From Octopus bimaculoides (lineage: Eukaryota): a stretch of DNA of 32,423 nucleotides. Location of the stretch: NCBI RefSeq assembly GCF_001194135.2, contig NC_068981.1, forward strand, positions 72,487,700 to 72,520,122, written 5' to 3'. The translations under genes were made by a program, and so were the position numbers. The notes beneath the pieces are model-generated. The model was not told the origin of the DNA, did not search any database, and saw nothing but the letters and a program-made list of their open reading frames with translations. Shown here piece after piece: positions 11,554 through 21,269 of the stretch. Position 1 is the stretch's first letter; the number at the start of each line of letters is the position of its first letter.

Positions 11554-11859
11554 AAATAACAGTTTGAGAAAAGTCTAGTTATGTAGGTTCCGTTTATGCT
11601 TAGTAATAAACATAAGCGTTTCTTACTTTGGCACAAAGCCATAAATTTTTAGCGTAGAAAGCCATAAATTTATAGGGTAGAGTATACTTGTGCGAATCTC
11701 CCCAGTATAGAAGAGGTACTTACTATATCGGCATACTATTTGAAAGGTAAGCAGACTTTAGAGGACATTTGCTCAAGCGTAGGGGTTCAAAATTAAAAAA
11801 AAACAAAATCATAAAGCATTAATTCTAGCATGAACACAGACATAGTTGAAAGATTAAGA

Positions 11860-11960
11860 CATCCGCATTGCAATCACGAAGTGTTAGGTTCGATCCTACT
11901 GCGTAGCATCTTGCACTACTCTCCGTCCAAGCCTTGTTATTAAGATTTAATGGAAGTCAG
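11860..11960 (+). mobile_element. Degenerate head fragment of SINE family A
   Basis: B-box-like ggttcgatcc followed by actgcgtagcatcttg and ccaagccttgt, paralleling 14490-14600. Confidence 0.4.
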
Positions 11961-11979
11961 TTAGATGCAGTGTATCTTT

Positions 11980-12380
11980 TATCTTATCTTTTACTTATTT
12001 CAATCATTAGACTGCAGCCATGCTGAGGTCAAGCTGTAGAGAATTTTAGTCGAATGAATCGAACCCATTATTTTTTTAAAGCCTGGTCCTTATTCTATCG
12101 ACCTCTTTTGCCAAACTGCTAAGTTACATGGACGTAAGTACACCAACACCGGTTGTCAATCGGTAGTGGGTGGACAAACACAGACACACAAACATAGATA
12201 AATACGTATGCATATACGACGGGTTTCTTTCAGTTTCCGACCGTCAAATCCACTCGCAACGCTTTGGTCGGCTCGAGGCTAAAGTAGAAGACATTTGCTC
12301 AAAGTCCCACATAGTGGAACTGAACTCGGAGGGAGCCATGTGGTTGGGAAGTAAGCTTCTTACCACACAGCCACGCTTGC
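11980..12380 (-). mobile_element. tRNA-derived SINE family A, near full length
   Basis: The reverse complement starts gcgtggctgtgtggtataagaagcttacttcccaaccacatggctccc...gagttcagttccact (A/B-box head), matching 14456-14610 and 18216-18600. It has a central CA/TA microsatellite and a conserved 3' body. Confidence 0.85.
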
Positions 12381-13456
12381 AAATCAAAGTTCTTGCCTTA
12401 TGAAATCTTGATCTGTCTGACAAATTACTTGAAGAGTACATATGTCTATGGTATACTCAACCACTTACACGTTAATTTAACAATTAATTCAATGATAGTT
12501 CAATTGATCGAACAACCGAATGCTAATTGTCGAAACCGTCAAGTATATATTAATTCCTGTCATAACTTTTCTGCCTAACATAATACAGAAAAAATTTTGC
12601 AATGGTATCTAATGCCCTTTACTATCACCTCTGCCTCTTAGCTCACGTCAAGGTAATCCCAGTTCTTCTCTCAGTTACGGGATAGGAATGCCGCCCACAC
12701 AAGGAAATACTGACTGAAATTGTGTTATCAGTATGTGAATGTATATAAATACGAGCGAGAACACTTCAGCTCAACGTCTCCTCCTCCAATTGGGTTAGAA
12801 CGAAATTTATGAGAAATTTAGTTGCTTATTCCTTATCATCCTTTTCAGCAAAACAACATAGAATCTGAGCTGTGTTTATATGCCAAAGTTTTCATCAAAA
12901 TGAAAGTATCAATGCGCATACAAAAAAAAAAACAAAAAAACCCCAGAAAAATCAAGAGCTGCACATGCTGCAAACGGGTGTATCCGTCCTTGCACTTACT
13001 TTTCTCCACATTTTACTACGTGTTTATACATAATAGCTATTCCGGTTCTATATTTAAATGCGTAGTATCATACATCGAAATATTGCGCCAATAAGCACAG
13101 GCCGTATCATGCTTGCAATGTTTTCCTTTCTTCTATTACTCTTGTTTTCCAACTCCTCTTTTTAACAGAGCGTGCGAGAAAGAGAATGCAAGACAGAGAA
13201 AGAAAGAAAAAGCAGGTGAATGAGAATGAGAAAGAGAGAGAGAGAAAGAGAGAGAAATAGAGAAGGATAGGGTGTAGGGGATAGAGATGCTGCTGAAAAC
13301 ACAATAAACATGCCAGTAAGGGAGAAACAGTGAACAACGTGTACGCGTATACTTAAGTATTTATCTGTCTGTCTGTAGGTATGTATGACTGTATGTTTCT
13401 ATGCATGCATGTATGTATTACAGTCTATACGTATATGCCCACGTTAATACGAGTGC

Positions 13457-13828
13457 GTGGAGGCGCAATGGCCCAGTGGTTAGGGCAGCGGGCTCGCGGT
13501 CATAGGATCGTGGTTTCGATTCCCAGACTGGGCGTTGTGAGTGTTTATTGAGCGAAAACACCTAAAGTTCCACAAGGCTCCGGCAGGGGATGGTGGCCAA
13601 CCCTGCTGTACTCTTCCACCACAACTTTCTCTTACTTCCTGTTTCTGTTGTGCCTGTAATTCAAAGGGTCAGCCTTGTCACACTGTGTTACGCTGAATAT
13701 CCCCGAGAACTACGTTAAGGGTACACGTGTCTGTGGAGTGCTCAGCCACTTGCACGTTAATTTCACGAGCAGGCTGTTCCGTTGATCGGATCAACTGGAA
13801 CCCTCGACGTCGTAAGCGAGTGCCAACA
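13457..13828 (+). mobile_element. Full-length tRNA-derived SINE (family C) with perfect 12-bp TSD
   Basis: A-box tggcccagtggttagg and B-box gtttcgattcc in a tRNA-like head, then a non-tRNA body. Flanked by taatacgagtgc at 13445-13456 and 13829-13840. Confidence 0.92.
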
Positions 13829-14455
13829 TAATACGAGTGCATTTTAATATAGACAGTAATACAAACATACTTATAAACACGCACTATTTGTAGGAATGCA
13901 TGTATGCATCTATCTATCTATCTATGCGTGCAGGTGTAAGTGTTTAAATGTTTTATGTTAATGTGTGTGTTTATATTTTGATCTGAGAGAGTGAGCATTC
14001 AATAGATACATAAATAACAGTAACAAAAAACAGGAGAGAGAGAGAGAGAGAGAGACATGTGGAGAAATGTTCCAATAGGTAATTGAAATTTTCAAGAAAT
14101 TACTCAAAATAACGATATTTACTGTTCAAATCTACATGAAATGTTTCTCTAGTTTCGAAAAAAATTTCTCCTGCTGAACATGCGTAACGAAAGTAGCCTT
14201 TCCCCCATCCACCACTTGATTGCAATTTTAAATGAAATTTAATCAAATATTAACCAATCTGAAACCACAATTCTTTATATACGACAGCATCAAGATATCG
14301 TCATCGTCATAGGATTTCGTAAATTCACACCCCCAGGTTACACAGTCCGAAACGTTCAATCTTAACTTGGATTTGAATAAGTATTCCCAAAGTTTTGGTC
14401 TCAGCCGTAATTCTTTACCACTTAGATACATCAGAGTTATCACTCACACGCTCAT

Positions 14456-14610
14456 GGGTGTAGGCATGGCTGTGTGGCAAGAAGCTTGCTTCCCAACCAC
14501 ATGGTTTCGGGTTCAGTTCCACTGCGTGGCACCTTGGGCAAGTGTCTTCTACTATAGCCAGTCTCGTGCCGACTAAATCCTTGTTAGAGGATTTCGTAGA
14601 CGGAAAGTTA
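14456..14610 (+). mobile_element. 5' half of SINE family A, ending at its (TA)n spacer
   Basis: ggcatggctgtgtggcaagaagcttgcttcccaaccacatggtttcgggttcagttccactgcgtggcaccttgggcaagtgtcttctactatagc is highly similar to the reverse complement of 12220-12380. Confidence 0.87.
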
Positions 14611-14630
14611 CGTATATATATATATATACA

Positions 14631-16122
14631 GGGGGAGGATTCACATCGCATAGCCCACCTCCTAATTCTGCGTTTTGAATACTGAAAATTTAAAGAACTG
14701 TAAACTTGTTTTAATGCTATTAACTTTGTATTGGCTTAATATTACTTATATAACTTTTTATAAATCATATGCAACCCACTACCACATGAAAGAACAGTTA
14801 TTGGAATCTTTATTTATTTATATAGTTTGTATTGATTTAAAAAAAAACAAAAAAAAAAAAAACGCCATTAAGAAAAGCACTTGCAACGTAAAAAAAAAAT
14901 GTAAATTCTTATTGACTATTATGATATGCATTAAAAAAAAATTATGCCTGAACTTCAAACGAAATACATGAACAGTGAAAATCATAAAATAAGCATTAAT
15001 AGCATTTACTATTTGATTAAATGAGCATTGTCTTTCTCAGTCAAAGTGAGGTAAACTTTGTCTTGATTTCTGTACATTTAATATGAATTTCTGCCTATTT
15101 TCGTAGCCTATTCTGACTTCGTTAGCTTTTGTCACTAAACTGATAGCATGCTCGACTCCTTGGCTATGACAGGGAAGAGATATTGCCGTTAATGGTACTG
15201 AACGAACCTTAAGAAGATCAACATTTGTAAAGTTCCGTAAAACTGGAGGGGATGTTATAACTTCATTTCCCCAGTTAATCAAATCAACATAATCTTGTGC
15301 TTCAAAATTAATTTTGCTTAGCTGTTTGTAATTTCTTAATTCTTCATGGAGCATTCAGGGAAAGGTTTTTGCTTTATAATTCGCTGAATTGCTACTTCCC
15401 TAACTTGTCTTCTTCCATCATTCAGCATAGTCAGTAAAATATTCTCCGGATGGGCAAATAGTTTTTAACGATTTCTCCATAACCTCTTTATGATCTTGGT
15501 TCATATCTTGCATTAGACGTGCCAAATACCAAAAATTACTTGCTCTTTCATGTAACTTTGGGTGAGATTTAATCCAGAGCCAACTTGGAACATAAATTTG
15601 CGTTATGATTTTAACATGATCTATAAATATTCTTTTGGGGATTTTTTCCGAAACATATAAGCGAAGAATTCTGTTTACACGTGTTAATCACCTTGCATAA
15701 TGGATTTTATCAGATGGTCTTACTGCTAACTGCTCAGAAACAAACCCTATCTCAATACTGAAGCACATTTCATGCAGGTATTTTTGATCTGAGCTTAAAG
15801 TATCAACAACTTCTAATAGCAATTCCGTCACTTTAGTTTTTACTGGAGAAAATTTGCTTATCTTTAAGCTGGTTACACCCTTTATTTTTATTGACAATTA
15901 AGCCTTTTGACTTTGGTAGTCTTGTTGTTTTTCCCATCTATGGATTCAAATACGTGTCGAAACGGAAGCTCGAAACGGCGTTTAATTGTGGGGGTGTGTG
16001 CGAGGTGTCCTGAGGGTCATAAAACCCTAATTTTCATATATTTTATTTAAAATATTATTTGGAACTGTGCATACCGTGGAATTAAAGTTCCTGAAAAATT
16101 GTTGTGTTTAGACCCCCATCTA
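14631..16122 (-). mobile_element. Internally deleted hAT-related DNA transposon flanked by (TA)n on both sides
   Basis: Contains the transposase remnant at 15037-15897 and AT-rich subterminal DNA. It is bounded by TA runs at 14613-14628 and 16121-16134. Only a weak TIR-like match (GGGGG......CACA.C) is visible. Confidence 0.55.
15037..15897 (-). pseudogene. C-terminal half of a hAT-related (hATm/hATx-like) transposase
   Basis: Colinear motifs LSSDQKYL, HYAR*LTRVNRILRLY, QIYVPSWLWIK, FAHPENILLTML, INFEAQDYVDLINW, PPVL, LPCHSQGVEHAISLVT and RQKFI...SRQSLPHF. Contains two in-frame stops and one frameshift near 15460. The subfamily name is from memory. Confidence 0.8.
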
Positions 16123-16341
16123 ATATATATATATTTGTGTGTGTGTATGTGTGTGTATGCATATATGTACACGCAAAAATATAATATATATGTATGTATG
16201 CATGTACGTATGTATATAATTACAATGATTGTACCTAGCTTCTGTAATATTGCCCATAGTAGCAAAAGCGTATTAAGTAATATTACTAATATTACACGTG
16301 TTATGCCGGGTTATATTTCAATATACATACAAGCAGCACGA

Positions 16342-16960
16342 ACACTATTAGCAGTTGTAATATTAGGAGTAGCAGGAATTAGAGAAGTAATAATATGAGG
16401 AGGAAAAGGTAGATGACATGAATAATGAGATGTAGTTGTATAGGAAGTGTAGGAACTTCCTCTGAGAAGAAGTGAGAGTAATTTCATATAAGATAACTCG
16501 AGATTTTTTACGTGACCAAGTAACAAATATGTGGTACCACTGAAATTTACAAGTTTTTTTTTCATTCTCTCTGTTTATTTTCTCTTATTCCTTTCTGTTG
16601 AAGAGCGTAGGCGCGAAACGTAAAATACTTTTTCATTTTCCCGAGCGTCAAACTAATACACTTGCTAGTTGCTCATACACCTGTCTTCATCTTTTGTTTT
16701 TCTATAAATTTCAACTATGTGTTTGTATAAATATTAAGAGAGAGACTAACTTTTTGGTCACGTATGCAACAATCTGTTGAATACGCCTACTGAGGGAGTA
16801 GCTCTCCTTATTTCAATGCAAACTCCAATCGTAAGCAACACCCACACTATTAGTAATTGTAATAGTAGGAGTAGCAGGAATTAAAAAAGTAGTAGACATC
16901 GAGAGACGAAGTGAGAGTATACATTCATACAAGATAACTCGACATTTTTTAAGTAACCAA
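16342..16960. repeat. Imperfect direct repeat pair (16342-16519 and 16844-16960)
   Basis: acactattagcagttgtaatattaggagtagcaggaatta vs acactattagtaattgtaatagtaggagtagcaggaatta; gaagtgagagta..ttcatataagataactcga vs gaagtgagagtatacattcatacaagataactcga. The second copy lacks ~60 bp. Confidence 0.85.
16560..16770 (+). mobile_element. Possible Penelope-like terminal repeat fragment with a hammerhead-like core
   Basis: 16598-16622 reads TTGAAGA-GCG(tagg)CGC-GAA-ACGT-A, resembling the TGAAGA...CGAAACGT motif of Penelope pseudo-LTRs. No RT or GIY-YIG coding sequence was seen. Confidence 0.33.
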
Positions 16961-17139
16961 ACAATGAATATGATTACTATTAGTATGTTTGGGAAATCTG
17001 ATATCACTTTTTTGGTGAGCTAAAATGATGAATTTTGATCCGATTATGATTTCTTTTGATTTGCAATAAGCCCATATTCCTCTTAATTTTCTGAAGCAAA
17101 TTGAATTTTGGTTAACCTCAAACCCGCTCTGATACCTGA

Positions 17140-17280
17140 CTGTTCTTTGATTCTCCGATTTCTATATGCATAGTGTATTTAGAATGACACTATCCACTGT
17201 GTTTTCCTTTCGTAAAACACTAGGCTGTAATTTAAAGGACATTTCGTCACTGTTTTCACTAAGACGAGTGACTGCTATTG
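17140..17280 (-). mobile_element. Family D module, degraded copy
   Basis: taggctgtaatttaaaggacatttcgtcactgttttcactaagacgagtgac is a degenerate reverse complement of the gtcg..tgacctgctagaaatagcagccaaatc module. Confidence 0.4.
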
Positions 17281-18215
17281 ATTGCGCTTTACTGGAATTT
17301 AAACCCAGAGACATTAAGCTTTATAATATATAATACCACGAAAGTCTCTCCGCTATATTTCCCTTTAGAGCAAGCAAAATACTTGAAGGTTTAAAAAAAA
17401 CTAATGATGATGATTAATTACGATGACATCCTCCATAGCCACAACGACGGCAATGCTGGTAATGATGAATGATGATGACACCAACGACGGTTGTCAATTG
17501 GAAGTTTGATCGACATCAAACAAATACACTTTATCGTTGCTAGGAGAACGTTAGCTCGATGAAAGTTCCTAAAACGATTGCAGGCTTTCCTTGATAATTC
17601 TATGCTAATAAAATCCGCTGAAAGTATACAATTTGTAGTTCATGCCTTTTCATTAGTTTTGAGTATATATATATATATGATATTTGCTTGTAATACAAGA
17701 ATAAAATCCTTTTATATCCATTATCAGTTTTACATTAACTGATAATGTATCCTAGAAAATTGCTTCTCTGATATAGTTCTTTGTAAGTGGACCAGAACAC
17801 GCATGGATTTTCATTTATCAGAGGACTAAATGTTTAATTTAATTGTTCTCTGCTAAGCTTTAATTAGATAGAACTTTGCTGAGGTTCCGGTAATATAGAA
17901 ACGTCGTTACTTTCTAACTCGACATCGGTATTTTGAGTCACATATCTCCAAATTGTTATTATGTTATCACAAAGAACATTGAGTGAACAGGATGTCTTTA
18001 AGAGTTCGCTGGATCTTCTAAATGTCTAACAGTCAAATGTCTCTCAAATCACGCAGCTTACTGCCTTAAGCGGAGAATATCACATTAGATAATGTAATTC
18101 AGTAGGTAATATAAACGAGGGAACACTTTCGGTTGTAAAGCCTTTTGTCATCAGTTTACTCAATCAGGTCTGATATCAGGCAGATAACGAGGCGCTATGA
18201 ATATGTATATATCAC

Positions 18216-18600
18216 AGGCAAGGCAATATGGATAAAAAATTCGCTTCGCAACGACATGGTTTCGGGTTCAGTACCCCAATACGGGGCCTGAGGAAAGTGC
18301 CTTCTATTGAGGTTCCAGGTCAACCAAAGCCTGAGAGAATTTGGTTGACGGAAACTGAAAGTTCGTTCTGTGTGTGTGTGTAAGCGTGTGTAAGCGTGTG
18401 CATATGCATATGCGTGTATGTCTAAGTTTGCATTCGCCCCCCTCCACTGCTTGATGACCGGTGTTGGTTTGTTTACCCACCCGAAAATTAGCGGTTCCGC
18501 AAAAGAACCGATAGAGTAAGTGCCAAACTTAAAACATAAGTACAAGGGGCGATTTATTATACTAACCCTACAAGGTGGCATTCCAACATGAGAGCAAATA
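18216..18600 (+). mobile_element. tRNA-derived SINE family A, older full-length copy
   Basis: gacatggtttcgggttcagt head, ccaaagcc...tttggttgacggaaactgaaag, internal (TG)n, then ccggtgttggtttgtttac...ttagcggttccgcaaaagaaccgatagagtaag matching the reverse complement of 12040-12180. Confidence 0.78.
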
Positions 18601-18964
18601 AAGGGGTACAATGAACAACAATGATATTGCTGTACAAATTAACAGAAGACAATTTGAGCATATTCTGTCTTGAATTACTACAACAGGAAGAAAAACATCT
18701 TTAATAATGCACTAACGACATCACTAGTTAACATTAGGAGTCATTACTGACACTTAAATCAGATTTATTTTAATTTCAACGCCCTTACATTTATATTTGA
18801 TTAAATCTTTTGTTCTTCAGTTATAATCTCCTGCAGATTCACTTTCTGCATGTAATCCAGTTAGTCGTGTCTTTTTTCTTTGGTTCATACCAAGGAAGCT
18901 AACTCATATCTAATAACAGTCTGCCTTTCTCATCAACTAAAACCCACAACATTTATAAATTTAT

Positions 18965-19096
18965 TTAATGTACTGGTAATAAGTGCCCTAGAATAAAATA
19001 CACGTTCCAAGCAAGGTAATTCCGCAATAAAGCTTTGATTAATGCTCGCAACTTCCTTAATTCATTTACACGTTCAATGTACATGGAGAAGTTACA
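18965..19096 (-). pseudogene. Short reading frame with weak resemblance to the M13 (neprilysin-family) peptidase N-domain
   Basis: CNFSMYIERVNELRKLRALIKALLRNYLAWNVYFILGHLLPVH* resembles Y+..L..LL......L.NYL.W.+. No splice sites or HExxH segment were found. Confidence 0.2.
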
Positions 19097-19183
19097 GATG
19101 TCATAGCATATCATTTTATATTCCTAATATTTTTAATGTAGCAAATTCATTAGAGATGTTAGTTCTCAATATCTAAGTCGTAG

Positions 19184-19403
19184 AAGGCGGTGGGCTGGCA
19201 GATTCGTTAGTACGCAGGGTGAAATGCTTAGCGGCATTTCGTCCGTCTTCCCGTTCTGACTTCAAAATCCGCCGAGGTCGACTTTGCCTTTCATCCTTTC
19301 GAAGTCGATAAAAAATAAGTACCAGTTGAGTCCTGGGGCTGATGTAATCGACTTGATCCCCCCACCCCACCTCGAAATTGTTGGCCTTGTGCCAAAATTA
19401 AAA
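19184..19403 (+). mobile_element. Full-length tRNA-derived SINE family B
   Basis: aaggcggtgggctggcagattcgttag...ctgacttcaaaatccgccgaggtcgactttgcctttcatcctttcg mirrors 22013-22225. Probable diverged 15-bp TSD: tcaatatctaagtcg (19166-19180) / tcaataaatgagtcg (19404-19418). Confidence 0.9.
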
Positions 19404-19538
19404 TCAATAAATGAGTCGGCCATCCAGTTTCGATTCTTGCTCGCAATTTCTTTTTCTCGACGTCGTAAATACCTCATGAGCACCGCAAATGTTTACCTCC
19501 CCTTTCTGGAGGAAACATTATGTCTGTGATCTCTAACA

Positions 19539-19665
19539 CAGGGTGTCCTCAAAGTCTGGGTACATGGGGATTAGCACATACTTTAAGAAATTATTATTTC
19601 TTATATTTAATTGTTTATGTTATGATTTTATTTACTGCATGTAGCCAGACTTTGTGGACACCCTG
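19539..19665. mobile_element. 127-bp Tc1/mariner-type MITE
   Basis: 28-bp TIRs: cagggtgtcctcaaagtctgggtacatg (19539-19566) and the reverse complement of 19638-19665 (cagggtgtccacaaagtctggctacatg), two mismatches. The right flank is TA and the left is CA. Confidence 0.9.
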
Positions 19666-19777
19666 TAGATCATTATGTTTAGTAAAATTTAATTCTCTTT
19701 CCTTCTAAAAATTGGTTAGAAATGATACAGATGTATAGAATTCAGAGTTATGGTATTATGGCCTCTGATATGCTCGT

Positions 19778-20195
19778 AAGTTGGCAAAATCGTCAGCATA
19801 TTGGACAACCATACAGTATTTATTCCGACTCCTGTCGTTCTGAGTTTAAATCCCGGTTTTATTCTTTCTGATGTCGATAAGATAAAGAGCGAGTCATGTA
19901 CATGGTATCGACTAATCATCTCCTCACAAAATTGCCTAAATCAGAAAATTATTTGAACAGTATCTTGTTTGGTGGCATATACTTTGGAGCTCAATACCGC
20001 TCACATACATCTAAACATAGCAGCCAATAACCTAGTAAAATCACATCTTACCTTATTAAAATTAAAGGAAAGAAACAATGAACAATGATGTCCTAATCGT
20101 ACAAAGAAGACTAAATGGTCTCGGATGGAATGCTTTTAATCATATACCAGGTCAGACAGAATGAATTGAGGTTGAGCAACAAAACTAACAACCGA
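19778..20195 (+). mobile_element. Old composite SINE: family B-like head joined to a family D module
   Basis: gttggcaaaatcgtcagc...cgttctgagtttaaatccc...tctgatgtcgataagataaag is family B-like. It is followed by aaacatagcagccaa...atggtctcggatggaatgcttttaatcata...gcaacaaaactaacaac, which is family D-like. Confidence 0.5.
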
Positions 20196-21269
20196 AATTA
20201 CACCGTCAACCCAACACTACACATTATCACCATACTCCGTAAAGAGTGGTATTTCCACCTGATGTTAAAATAACTAACTTCTTTTGCAAGACTATTTATC
20301 TAGAAATATTTCCCATCAAGTTTTGTGCAAAAAAAAAAAAAAAATTCATTCTAGAAAGAAACCGTATTCTTTATGCAATCAGTTAATATTTTTATGGGGA
20401 AATTAATTCCGTACTTATTAGACGGTAATTGGCAAAAATGTCTGCTTATTTTGGCAATAGTCGAAACCGTTCATTGTTTGAGCATTAAATATCGATTAGT
20501 TATTTACAAATATTTAAAAAGTTGCCCGTTCCACATATGCAAATAGTTATTCAGCTTTAATAGTCATGCTTGATAAACAATGCTTTTGATTTCCCGCCGT
20601 CAGCATTGGCATCACATCGCGATTGCAGTAAATATCCTTTGTAGAGATTTAAATATCTTCACGCTACTCTACTGAAAAATAATGTTTCATTTAATTTTAT
20701 ATTTATATATTCTATTTATATTTCACTTTAAAGTCATAGCTAATAATATTTACAACATTAAAGGGTCTGCTTCTTATAATTCCCGATGGATACAGTTTGT
20801 CTATCAATATCTGAAACAATTTTGCTAGCTAATATTGTTTCTGCCAAGTAATAAGAGAAAAATACTGGACTAATGTTTTGTTTTACTGACATAGTAGCGT
20901 CCATTTAGCGTTGATAAATTTTCATGTACTGGATACTTTTCGTTAAAGGTCTACAAAGGTATGAAATTTAATGAAAAAAGAAAGTTTGTTAAGTACAGTT
21001 TAACCTTGAAATGAACCTAAACAAACCTGACCAGAAAGTGGCCATAACCTTAGACATAGTGCCTATTCTAGACCCAGCTATCTTGCGTCGTCATAATTTT
21101 CTTATAATAAACATTTGTAACTGGCCATGCTGTTGTAGTCTAAATCAGAGGCTACACCAGCATCGCCATATATACTTCCGTCACTCCACGGTCTTTTACA
21201 TTCTTTACTTGCATAAATAATTGCATTACATTTTTCTACGTTTTTTGAGATTTGTATCACCCTTTCTAA

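Noticed and set aside
13457-13535. tRNA gene
   Set aside because: A/B boxes are present, but the sequence runs into a 300-bp SINE body bounded by a TSD and I could not close an acceptor stem. The same applies to the heads at 12300-12380, 14456, 19184 and 31780-31853.
14675-14971. 98-aa K-rich ORF
   Set aside because: It is a poly-A-rich subterminal region of the hAT-related element, antisense to the transposase.
20520-20940. Further M13-like words (NADGG, LYPSGII) on the minus strand
   Set aside because: Very short matches, and their order relative to the 18965-19096 segment is inconsistent with a single M13 gene.
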